DNA from: the human T2T-CHM13v2.0 reference genome, Homo sapiens
Length of the DNA: 64,000 bases
Assembly (NCBI RefSeq): GCF_009914755.1
Contig: NC_060933.1
Strand: one strand, 5' to 3'
Shown: positions 42,601-56,300 of the stretch, one piece after another
Layout: each line of letters begins with the position of its first letter
Numbering within the stretch: the first letter of the stretch is position 1
Position numbers and translations under genes: made by a program
The notes under the pieces: generated by a model
Database searches by the model: none
Told to the model about the DNA's origin: nothing
The model's input: the letters and a program-made list of their open reading frames with translations, nothing else

Positions 42601-45600
42601 ATCTGTAATGGAATGGAAAGGAATGGAATGGAATGGAATGGAATGGAATGGAACGGAACGGAACGGAACGGAACGGAATGGAATGGAATGGAATGGAATG
42701 GAACGGAACGGAACGGAACGGAACGGAATGGAATGGAATGGAATGGAATGGAATGGAATCAAAGCGAGTGCAGGGGAATGGAATGGAATGGAATGCAATG
42801 GAATGGAATCTTCCGGAATGGAATGGAATGGAATGGAATGGAAAGGAATGGAATGCAATGCAATGGATTCAGCGCGATTGCAATGGAATGGAATAGAATG
42901 GAATGGAATGGAATGGAATGGAATTAACCCAAATAGAATGGAATGGAATGGAAAGGAATGGAATGGAATGGAATGGAATGGAATGGAATGGAATGGAATG
43001 GAATGGAATGGAATGGTATGGAATGGAATGGAATGGAATGGTACGGAATAGAATGGAATGGAAAGAATTGGAATGGAATGGAATCGAATGGAATGGAATG
43101 CAATGGAATAGAATCAACGCGAGTGCAAGGGAATGAAATGGAATGGAATGCAATGGAATGGAATCATCCGAAATGGAATGGAATGGAATGGAATGGAATG
43201 GAATGGAATGGAATGGAATCAACCCGAGTGCAATGGAATGGAGTGGAATGGAATGGAATGGAATGGAACAACCCGAATGGAATGGAATGTAATGGAGAGT
43301 AAGGGAGTTGAATAGAATCAATCCGAATGTAATGGAATGGAATGGAACGGAATGGAATGGAATGGAATGGAATGCAATGGAATGGAATCAATCCGAGTAC
43401 AATGGAATGGAATGGAATGGAATGGAATGGAATGGAATGGAATGGAATGGAACTGAATGGAATGGAATGACTTCAAACCAAATGGAATGGAAAGGAATGG
43501 AATCAACACCAGTGGAATGGAATGGAATGGAATGGAATGGAATGGAATGGAATGGTACGGAATAGAATGGAATGGAACGAAATGGAATGGAATGGAATGG
43601 AATGGAATGGAATGGAATGGAATGGAATGGAATTAACCCGAATAGAATGGAATGGAATGGAATGGAAAGGAATGGAAGGGAATAGAATGGAATGTAATCA
43701 ACCCGAGTGCAGGGGAATGGAATGGAATGGAATGCAATGGAATGGAATCATCCGGAATGGAATGGAATGGAATGGAATGCAATCAACCCGATGCAATGGA
43801 ATGGAGCGGAATGGAATGGAATGGAATGGAAACATCCCGAATGGAATGGAATGTAATGGAGTGTAAGGGAATTGAATAGAATCTATCCGAATGGAATGGA
43901 ATGGAATGGAATGAAATGGAATGTAATGGAATGGAATGGAATCAACCCGAGTGCAATGGAATGGATTCGAGTGGAATGGAATGGAATGGAATGGATTCAA
44001 GAAGAATGGAATGGAAAGGAATGGAATCAACCCGAGTGTAATGGGATGGAATGGAATGGAATGGAATGGGATGGAATGGAATGGTACGGAATAGAATGGA
44101 ATGGAATGAAATGGAATGGAATGGAATGGAATGAAATGGAGTGGAATGGAATGGAATGAACCCGTGTGCAATGGAATGGAATGGAATGGAATGGAATGGA
44201 ATGGAATGGATTCAACTCGAATGGAATCAACTCGATTGCAATGGAATGGAATGGAATGGAAAGGAATAGAATGGAATCAACCCGAATGGAATGGAATGGA
44301 AAGGACTGGAATGGAGTGGAATGGAATTGAATGGAATTAACCCGAATAGAATGGAATGGAATGGAATGGAACGGAATGTAATTGTATGGAATGGAATGGA
44401 ATCAACCCGAGTGCAGGGGAGTGGAATGGAAGGGAATGCAATGGAATGGAATCATCCGGAATGGAATGGAATGGAATGGAATGGAATCAACTCGATTTCA
44501 ATGGAATGGAATGGAATAGAATGGAATGGAATTAACACGGATAGAATGGAATGGAATGGAATGGAACAGAAAGGAATGGAATGGAATGGAATGGAATCAA
44601 CCCAAGAGCAGAGGAATGGAATGGAATGGAATGGAATGGAATGGAATGGAATGGAATGGAATGGAATGGAATGGAATGGAATCAACCCGAGTGCAATGGA
44701 ATGGAGAGGAATGGAATGGAATGGAATGGAAACTACCCGCATGGAATGTAATGTAATGGAGTGTAAGGGAATTGAATAGAATCAATCCGAATGGAATGGA
44801 ATGGAATGGAATGGAATGGAATCAACGCGAGTGCAGGGGAATGGAATGGAATGGAATGCAATGGAATGGAATCTTCCGGAATGGAATGGAATGGAATGGA
44901 ATGGAATGGAATGGAATGCAATGGATTCAACTCGATTGCAATGGAATGGAATAGAATGGAATGGAATGGAATGGAATGGAATTAACCCGAATAGAATGGA
45001 ATGGAATGGAATGGAACGGAACGGAACGGAACGGAACGGAATGGAATGGAATGGAATGGAATGGAATTTTATGTAACGGAAAGGAATGGTACGGAATTGA
45101 ATGGAATGGAAAGAATTGGAATGGAATGGAATGGAATGGAATGGAATGGAATGGAATGGAATCAACCCGAGTGCAGGGGAATGTAATGGAACGGAATGCA
45201 ATGGAATGGAATCATCCGGAATGGAATGGAATGGAATGGAATGGAATGGAATGGAATGGAGTGGAATGGAATGGAATGGAATCAACCTGAGTGCAATGGA
45301 ATGGAGTGGAATGGAATGGAATGGAATGGAACACCCCGAATGGAAAGGAATGTAATGGAGAGTAAGGGAGTTGAATAGAATCAATCCGAATGTAATGGAA
45401 TGGAATGGAACGGAATGGAAAGGAATGGAATGGAATGGAATGCAATGGAATGGAATCAACCCGAGTACAATGGAATGGAATGGAATGGAATGGAATGGAA
45501 TGGAATGGAATGGAATCAACCTGAGTGCAATGGAATGGAGTGGAATGGAATGGAATGGAATGGAACAACCCGAATGGAATGGAATGTAATGGAGAGTAAG

Positions 45601-45899
45601 GGAGTTGAATAGAATCAATCCGAAAGTAAAGGAATGGAATGGAACGGAATGGAATGGAATGGAATGGAATGGAATGGAATGCAATGGAATGGAATCCACC
45701 CGAGTACAATGGAATAGAATGGAATGGAATGGAATGGAATGGAATGGAATGGAATGGAATCATCCCGAGTGCAATGGAATGGAGAGGAATGGAATGGAAT
45801 GCAATGGAATCTACCCGAATGGAATGGAATGAAATGGAGTGTAAGGGAATTGAATAGAATAAATCCGAATGGAATGGAATGGAATGGAACGGAATGTAA

Positions 45900-48800
45900 T
45901 GTAATGTAATGGAATGGAATCAACCCGAGTGCAGGGGAATGGAATGGAATGCAATGCAATATAATGGAATCATCCGGAATGGAATGGAATGGAATGGAAT
46001 GGAATGGAATTGAATGGAATGGAATCAACCCGAGTGCAATGCAATGGAGTGAAATGGAATGGAATGGAATGGAAACAACCAGAATGGATTGGAATATAAT
46101 GGAGTGTAAGGGAATTGAATAGAATCAATCTGAATGTAATGAAATGGAATGGAACGGAATGGAATGGAATGGAATGCAATGCAATGGAATGGAATCAACC
46201 CGAGTGCAATCGAATGGAATCGAATGGAATCGAATGCAATGGAATGGATTCAACTTGAATGGAATGGAAAGAATGGAGTCAACACGAGTGGAATGGCATG
46301 GATTGGAATGGAATGGAATGGAATCAACCCGAGTACAGGGGAATGGAATGGAATGGAATGCAATGGAATCGAATCATCCGTAATGGAATGGAAAGGAATG
46401 GAATGGAATGGAATGGAATGGAATGGAATGGAGTGGAATCAACTCGATTGCAATCGAATGGAATGCAATGGAATTAACCCGAATAGAATGGAATGGAACG
46501 GAATGGAACGAAACGGAATGGAATGGATTGGAATGGAATGGAACGGAAAGGAATGGAATGGAATGGAATGGAATGGAATGGAGTGGAATGGAATGGAATG
46601 GAATCAACGAGAGTGCAGGGGAATGGAATGGAATGGAATGGAATGGAATGGAATGGAATGGAATGGAATGGAAAGGAATCAAGCCGAGTGCAGGGGAATG
46701 TAATGGAACGGAATGCAATGGAATGGAATCATCCGGAATGGAATGGAATGGAAGGGAATGGAATGGAATGGAGTGGAATGGAATGGAATGGAATGGAACA
46801 ACCCGAATGGAATGTAATGTAATGGAGAGTAACGGAGTTGAATAGAATCAATCCAAATGTAATGGAATGGAATGGAACGGAATGGAATGGAATGGAATGG
46901 AATGGAATGCAATGGAATGGAATCAACCCGAGTAGAATAGAATGGAAAGGAATGGAATGGAATGGAATACAATGGAATGGAATCAACCCGAATGCAATGG
47001 AATGGAGAGGAATGGAATGGAATGGAATGGAATGGAAACTACGCGAATGGAATGGAAGGTAACGGAGTGTAAGGGAATTGAATAGAATCAATCCGAATGT
47101 AATGGAATGGAATGGAAAGGAATGGAATGGAATGGAATGGAATGAAATGGAATGCAATGGAATGGAATCAACCCGAGTGCAATCGAATGGAATAGAATGG
47201 AATGGAATGCAATGGAATGGATTCAACTTGAATGCAATGGAAAGAATGGAATCAACACGAGTGGAATGGCATGGATTGGAATGGAATGGAAGGGAATCAA
47301 CCCGAGTGCAATGGAACAGAGAGGAATGGAATGGAATGCAATGGAAACTACCCGAATGGAATGGAATGTAATGGAGTGTAAGGGAATTGAATAGAATCTA
47401 TCCGAATGGAATGGAATGCAATGGAACGGAATGCAATGTAATGGAATGGAATGGAATCAACCCGAGTGCAGTGGAATGGTATGGAATGCAATGAAATATA
47501 ATGGAATCATCCGGAATGGAATGGAATGGAATGGAATGGAATGGAATGGAATGGAATCAACCCGAGTGCAATGGAATGGAGAGAAATGGAATGGAATGGA
47601 ATGGAAACAACCAGAATGGATTGTAATATAATGGAGTGTAAGGGAATTGAATAGAATCAATCTGAATGTAATGAAATGGAATGGAACGGAATGGAATGGA
47701 ATGGAATGGAATGGAATGCAATGGAATGGAATCAACCCGAGTGCAATCGAATGGAATCGAATGGAATGGAATGCAATGGAATGGATTCAACTTGAATGGA
47801 ATGGAAAGAATGGAATCAACACGAGTGGAATGGCATGGATTGGAATGGAATGGAATGGAATCAACCCGAGTACAGGGGAATGGAATGGAATGGAATGCAA
47901 TGGAATGGAATCATCTGTAATGGAACGGAAAGGAATGGAATGGAATGGAATGGAATGGAATGGAATGGAATGGAATCAACTCGATTGCAATCGAATGGAA
48001 TGTAATGGAACTAACCCGAATAGAATGGAATGGAACGGAATGGAACGGAACGGAATGGAATGGATTGGAATGGAATGGAACGGAAAGGAATGGAATGGAA
48101 TGGAATGGAATGGAATGGAGTGGAATGGAATGGAATGGAATCAACGCGAGTACAGGGGAATGGAATGGAATAGAATGGAATGGAATTGAATGGAATGGAA
48201 TCAACCCGAGTGCAGGGGAATGTAATGGAACGGAATTCAATGGAATGGAATCATCCGGAATGGAATGGAATGGAATGGAATGGAATGGAATGGAATGGAG
48301 TGGAATGGAATGGAATGGAGTGGAATGGAATGGAATGGAATGGAACAACCCGAATGGAATGTAATGTAATGGAGAGTAAGGGAGTTGAATAGAATCAATC
48401 CAAATGTAATGGAATGGAATGGAACGGAATGGAATGGAATGGAATGGAATGGAATGCTATGGAATGGAATCAACCCGAGTAGAATGGAATGGAAAGGAAT
48501 GGAATGGAATGGAATGGAATGGAATGGAATGGAATCAACCCGAATGCAATGGAATGGAGAGGAACGGTATGGAGTGGAATGGAAACTACCGAAATGGAAT
48601 GGAATGTAACGGAGTGTAAGGGAATTGAATAGAATCAATCCGAATGTAATGGAATGGAATGGAACGGAATGGAATGGAATGGAATGGAATGGAATGGAAT
48701 GGAATGGAATGCAATGGAATGGAATCAACCCGAGTGCAATCGAATGGAATCGAATGGAATGGAATGCAATGGAATGGATTCAACTTGAATGGAATGGAAA

Positions 48801-48900
48801 GAATGGAATCAACACGAGTGGAATGGCATGGATTGGAATGGAATGGAATGGAATCAACCCGAGTACAGGGGAATGGAATGGAATGGAATGCAATGGAATG
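45900..48900 (+). repeat. Diverged ~1.54-kb tandem duplication
   Basis: ORF pairs 46259/47796 and 46374/47911 (offset 1537), and 46838/48385 and 47078/48625 (offset 1547). Shared words are AACAACCAGAATGGATTG, CAATCTGAAT, CAATCCAAAT and CCCGAGTAGAAT. Confidence 0.85.
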
Positions 48901-51900
48901 GAATCTTCCGGAATGGAATGGAATGGAATGGAATGGAATGGAATGGAATGGAATGGAATGAAATGCAATGGATTCAACTCGATTGCAATGGAATGGAATA
49001 GAATGGAATGGAATGGAATGGAATGGAATTAAACCGAATAGAATGGAATGGAACGGAATGGAACGGAATGGAACGGAACGGAATGGAATGGAATGGAATG
49101 GAATGGAATGGAATGGAATGGTATGGCATGGAATGGAATGGTACGGAATAGAATGGAATGGATCGAATTGTAATGGAATGGAATTGAATGGAATGGAATG
49201 GAATGGAATGGAATGGAATCAACGCGAGTGCAGGGGAATATAATGGAACGGAATGCAATGGAATGGAATCATCCGTAATGGAATGGAATGGAATGGAATG
49301 GAATGGAATGGAATCAACCTGAGTGCAATGGAATGGAGTGGAATGGAATGGAATGTAATGGAATGGAACAACCCAAATGGAATGGAATGTAATGGAGAGT
49401 AAGGGAGTTGAATAGAATCAATCCGAATGTAATGGAATGAAATGTAACGGAATGGAATGGAATGGAATGCAATGGAATGCAATCAACCCGAGTACAATGG
49501 AATGGAATGGAATGGAATGGAATGGAATGGAATGGAATGGAAAGGAACTGAATGGAATGGAATGACTTCAAACCGAATGGAATGGAAAGGAATGGAATCA
49601 ACACCAGTGGAATGGAATGGAATGGAATGGAATGGAATGGAATGGAATGGTACGAAATAGAATGGAATGGAACGAAATGGAATGGAATGGAATGGAATGG
49701 AATGGAATGGAATGGAATCGTTCCAAGTGGAATAGGAGGGAATGTATTCGAGTGGAATGGAAAGGAATGGAATCAAACAGAGTGGAATGGAAGGGAATGG
49801 AATGGAATGGAAACTAATAGAGTGGAATCAACCCGAGTGGAATGGAATGGAATGGAATGGAATGGAAAGGAATTGAATGGAATGGAATGACTTCAAACCG
49901 AATGGAATGGAAAGGAATGGAATCAACACGAGTGGAATGGAATGGAATGGAATGGAATGGAATGGAATGGAATCGTACGGAATAGAATGGAATGGAACGA
50001 AATGCAATGGAATGGAATGGAATGGAATGGAATGGAATGGAATGGAAAGGAATGGAATCGTTCCGAGTGGAATAGGAGGGAATGTATTCGAGTGGAATGG
50101 AAAGGAATGGAATCAACCAGCGTGGAATGGAAGGGAATGGAATGGAATGGAAACTAATAGAATGGAATCAACCCGAGAGGAATGGAATGGAAAGGACTGG
50201 AATGGAATGGAATGGAATGGAATCAACTCGATTGCAATGGAATGGAATGGAATGGAAAGGAATAGAATGGAATCAACCTGAGTGGAATGGAATGGAAAGG
50301 ACTGGAATGGAGTGGAATGGAATGGAATAGAATGGAATGGAATGGAATCAACTCGATTGGAATGGAATGGAATGGAATGGAATGGAATGGAATGGAATGG
50401 AATTAACCCTAATAGAATGGAATGGAATGGAATGGAAAGGAATGGAATGGAATGGAATGGAATGGAATGGAATGGAATCAACGCGAGTGCAGTGGAATGG
50501 AATGGAAAGGAATGCAATTTAATGGAATCTTCCGGAATGGAATGGAATGGAATGCAATAGATTCAACTTGATTACAATGTAATGGAATAGAATGGAATGG
50601 AATGGAATGGAATGGAATTAACCCGAATAGAATGGAATGGAATGGAATGGAACGGAACGGAACGGAACGGAACGGAATGGAATGGATTGGAATGGAATGG
50701 AACGGAAAGGAATGGAATGGAATGGAATGGAATGGAATGGAGTGGAATGGAATGGAATGGAATCAACGCGAGTACAGGGGAATGGAATGGAATAGAATGG
50801 AATGGAATTGAATGGAATGGAATCAACCCGAGTGCAGGGGAATGTAATGGAACGGAATTCAATGGAATGGAATCATCCGGAATGGAATGGAATGGAATGG
50901 AATGGAATGGAATGGAATGGAGTGGAATGGAATGGAATGGAGTGGAATGGAATGGAATGGAATGGAACAACCCGAATGGAATGTAATGTAATGGAGAGTA
51001 AGGGAGTTGAATAGAATCAATCCAAATGTAATGGAATGGAATGGAACGGAATGGAATGGAATGGAATGGAATGGAATGCTATGGAATGGAATCAACCCGA
51101 GTAGAATGGAATGGAAAGGAATGGAATGGAATGGAATGGAATGGAATGGAATGGAATCAACCCGAATGCAATGGAATGGAGAGGAACGGTATGGAGTGGA
51201 ATGGAAACTACCGAAATGGAATGGAATGTAACGGAGTGTAAGGGAATTGAATAGAATCAATCCGAATGTAATGGAATGGAATGGAACGGAATGGAATGGA
51301 ATGGAATGGAATGGAATGGAATGGAATGGAATGCAATGGAATGGAATCAACCCGAGTGCAATCGAATGGAATCGAATGGAATGGAATGCAATGGAATGGA
51401 TTCAACTTGAATGGAATGGAAAGAATGGAATCAACACGAGTGGAATGGCATGGATTGGAATGGAATGGAATGGAATCAACCCGAGTACAGGGGAATGGAA
51501 TGGAATGGAATGCAATGGAATGGAATCTTCCGGAATGGAATGGAATGGAATGGAATGGAATGGAATGGAATGGAATGGAATGAAATGCAATGGATTCAAC
51601 TCGATTGCAATGGAATGGAATAGAATGGAATGGAATGGAATGGAATGGAATTAAACCGAATAGAATGGAATGGAACGGAATGGAACGGAATGGAACGGAA
51701 CGGAATGGAATGGAATGGAATGGAATGGAATGGAATGGAATGGTATGGCATGGAATGGAATGGTACGGAATAGAATGGAATGGATCGAATTGTAATGGAA
51801 TGGAATTGAATGGAATGGAATGGAATGGAATGGAATGGAATCAACGCGAGTGCAGGGGAATATAATGGAACGGAATGCAATGGAATGGAATCATCCGTAA

Positions 51901-53308
51901 TGGAATGGAATGGAATGGAATGGAATGGAATGGAATCAACCTGAGTGCAATGGAATGGAGTGGAATGGAATGGAATGTAATGGAATGGAACAACCCAAAT
52001 GGAATGGAATGTAATGGAGAGTAAGGGAGTTGAATAGAATCAATCCGAATGTAATGGAATGAAATGTAACGGAATGGAATGGAATGGAATGCAATGGAAT
52101 GCAATCAACCCGAGTACAATGGAATGGAATGGAATGGAATGGAATGGAATGGAATGGAATGGAAAGGAACTGAATGGAATGGAATGACTTCAAACCGAAT
52201 GGAATGGAAAGGAATGGAATCAACACCAGTGGAATGGAATGGAATGGAATGGAATGGAATGGAATGGAATGGTACGAAATAGAATGGAATGGAACGAAAT
52301 GGAATGGAATGGAATGGAATGGAATGGAATGGAATGGAATCGTTCCAAGTGGAATAGGAGGGAATGTATTCGAGTGGAATGGAAAGGAATGGAATCAAAC
52401 AGAGTGGAATGGAAGGGAATGGAATGGAATGGAAACTAATAGAGTGGAATCAACCCGAGTGGAATGGAATGGAATGGAATGGAATGGAAAGGAATTGAAT
52501 GGAATGGAATGACTTCAAACCGAATGGAATGGAAAGGAATGGAATCAACACGAGTGGAATGGAATGGAATGGAATGGAATGGAATGGAATGGAATCGTAC
52601 GGAATAGAATGGAATGGAACGAAATGCAATGGAATGGAATGGAATGGAATGGAATGGAATGGAATGGAAAGGAATGGAATCGTTCCGAGTGGAATAGGAG
52701 GGAATGTATTCGAGTGGAATGGAAAGGAATGGAATCAACCAGCGTGGAATGGAAGGGAATGGAATGGAATGGAAACTAATAGAATGGAATCAACCCGAGA
52801 GGAATGGAATGGAAAGGACTGGAATGGAATGGAATGGAATGGAATCAACTCGATTGCAATGGAATGGAATGGAATGGAAAGGAATAGAATGGAATCAACC
52901 TGAGTGGAATGGAATGGAAAGGACTGGAATGGAGTGGAATGGAATGGAATAGAATGGAATGGAATGGAATCAACTCGATTGGAATGGAATGGAATGGAAT
53001 GGAATGGAATGGAATGGAATGGAATTAACCCTAATAGAATGGAATGGAATGGAATGGAAAGGAATGGAATGGAATGGAATGGAATGGAATGGAATGGAAT
53101 CAACGCGAGTGCAGTGGAATGGAATGGAAAGGAATGCAATTTAATGGAATCTTCCGGAATGGAATGGAATGGAATGCAATAGATTCAACTTGATTACAAT
53201 GTAATGGAATAGAATGGAATGGAATGGAATGGAATGGAATTAACCCGAATAGAATGGAATGGAATGGAATGGAACGGAACGGAACGGAACGGAACGGAAT
53301 GGAATGGA
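48042..53308 (+). repeat. Apparently perfect 2622-bp tandem duplication (2 copies)
   Basis: ORFs from 48180..48392 to 50337..50522 have identical twins exactly 2622 bp later (50802..51014 to 52959..53144). The flanking mismatches were checked at 48041/50663 (T/C) and 50687/53309 (T/A). Confidence 0.96.
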
Positions 53309-56300
53309 ATGGAATGGAATGGAATTGTATGGAATGGAATGGAATGGTATGGAATAGAATTGAATGGAAAGAATTGGAATGGAATGGAATTGAATGGAAT
53401 GGAATGGAATGGAATGGAATCAACCCGAGTGCAGGGGAATGTAATGGAAGGGAATGCAATGGAATGGAATCATCTGCAATGGAATGGAATGGAATGGAAT
53501 GGAATGGAATCAACCCGAGTGCAATGGAATGGAGTGGAATGGAATGGAATGGAATGGAACAACCCGAATGGAATGGAATGTAATGAAGGGTAAAGGAGTT
53601 GAATAGAAACAATCCGAATGTAATGTAATGGAATGGAACGGAATGGAATTCAATGGAATGGAATGGAATGGAATGGAATGCAATGGAATGTAAAGGAATG
53701 GAATCAACCCGACTGAAATCGAATGGAATCGAATGGAATGGAATGCAATGGAATGGATTCAACATGAATGGAATGGAAAGAATGGAATCAACAGGAGTGG
53801 AATGGCATGGATTGGAATGGAATGGAATGGAATCAACCCGAGTACAGGGGAATGGAATGGAATGGAATGCAATGGAATGGAATCATCTGTAATGGAATGG
53901 AATGGAATGGAATGGAATGGAATGGAGCGGAATCAACTCGATTGCAATCGAATGGAATGGAATGGATTTAACCCGAATAGAATGGAATGGAATGGAACGG
54001 AACGGAACGGAACGGAATGGAATGGAATGGAATGGAATGGAATGGGATCAACGCGAGTGCAGTGGAATGGAATGGAATGGAATGCAATGGAATGGAATCT
54101 TCCGGAATGGAATGGAATGGAATAGAAAGGAATGGAATGCAATGCAATGGATTCAAATCGATTGCAATGGAATGGAATAGAATGGAATGGAATGGAATGG
54201 AATGGAATTAACCCAAATAGAATGGAATGGAATGGAATGGAAAGGAATGGAATGGAATGGAATGGAATGGAATGGAATGGAATGGAATGGAATGGTATGG
54301 AATGGAATGGAATGGAATGGTATGGAATAGAATGGAATGGAAAGAATTGGAATGGAATGGAATCAAATGGAATGGAATGCAATGGAATAGAATCAACGTG
54401 AGTGCAGGGGAATGAAATGGAATGGAATGCAATGGAATGGAATCATCCAAAATGGAATGGAATGGAATGGAATGGAATGGAATCAACCCGAGTGCAATGG
54501 AATGGAGTGGAATGGAATGGAATGGAATGGAACAACCCGAATGGAATGGAATGTAATGGAGAGTAAGGGAGTTGAATAGAATCAATCCGAATATAATGGA
54601 ATGGAATGGAACGGAATTTAATGGAATGGAATGGAATGCAATGGAATGGAATCAACCCGAGTACAATGGAATGGAATGGAATGGAATGGAATGGAATGGA
54701 ATGGAAAGGAACTGAATGGAATGGAATGACTTCAAACCGAATGGAATGGAAAGGAATGGAATCAACACCAGTGGAATGGAATGGAATGGAATGGAATAGA
54801 ATGGAATGGAATGGTATGGAATACAATGGAATGGAACGAAATGGAATGGAATGGAATGGAATGGAATGGAATGGAATGGAATGGAATGGAATCGTTCCGA
54901 GTGGAATAGGAAGGAATGTATTCGAGTGGAATGGAAAGGAATGGAATCAACCAGAGTGGAATGGAAGAGAATGGAATGGAATGGAAACTATTAGAGTGGA
55001 ATCAACCCGAGTGGAATGGAATGGAAAGGACTGAATGGAATGGAATGGAATGGAATGGAATGGAATCAACTCGACTGTAATGGAATGGAATGGAATGCAA
55101 TGGAAAGGAATTGAATGGAATGGAATGACTTCAAACCGAATGGAATGGAAAGGAATGGAATCAACACGAGTGGAATGGAATGGAATGGAATGGAATGGAA
55201 TGGAATGGAATGGTACGGAATAGAATGGAATGGAACGAAATGCAATGGAATGGAATGGAATGGAATGGAATGGAATGGAATGGAATGGAATGGAAAGGAA
55301 TGGAAACGTTCCGAGTGGAATAGGAGGGAATGTATTCGAGTGGAATGGAAAGGAATGGAATCAACCAGCGTGGAATGGAAGGGAATGGAATGGAATGGAA
55401 ACTAATAGAATGGAATCAACCCGAGTGGAATGGAATGGAAAGGACTGAATGGAATGGAATGGAATGGAATGGAATCAACTCGATTGTAAAGGAATGGAAT
55501 GGAATGGAATGGAATGGAATGGAATTAACCCGAATACAATGGAATGGGATGGAATGGAACGGAATGGAGTGGAATGGAATGGAATCAACCCGAGAGCAGG
55601 GGAATGGAAAGGAGTGGAATGCAATGGAAAGGAATCATCCGGAATGGAATGGAAAGGAATAGAATGGAATCAACCCGAGTGGAATGGAATGGAAAGGACT
55701 GGAATGGAGTGGAATGAAATGGAATGGAATGGAATGGAATCAACTCAATTGGAATGGAATGGAATGGAATGGAATGGAATGGAATGGAATGGAATTAACC
55801 CGAATAGAATGGAATGGAATGGAATGGAACGGAATGGAATGGAATGGAATGGAATGGAATGGAATGGAATGGAATCAACCCGACTGCAGGGGAACGGAAT
55901 GGAATGGAATGCAATGGAATGGAATCATCCGGAACGGAATGGAATGGAATGGAATTTAATCAATTCGATTGCAATGGAATGGAATGGAATGGAATGGAAT
56001 GGAATGGAATGGAATTAACCCGAATAGAATGGAATGGAATGGAATGGAATGGAAAGGAATGGAAGGGAATGGAATGGAATGGAATGGAATGGAATCAACC
56101 CGAGTGCAGGGGAATGGAATGGAATGGAATGCAATGGAATGGAATCATCCGGAATGGAATGGAATGGAATGGAATGCAATCAACCCAATGCAATGGAATG
56201 GAGTGGAATGGAATGGAATGGAATGGAATGGAATCAACTCGATTGCAATCGAATGGAATGGAATGGAATGGAATCAACTCGATTGCAATCGAATGGAATG

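Noticed and set aside
44613-44682. Longest pure GGAAT run noticed (14 units), suggesting a cap on run length
   Set aside because: It cannot be told apart by eye from the tail expected given the variant density. A run-length distribution test would be needed.
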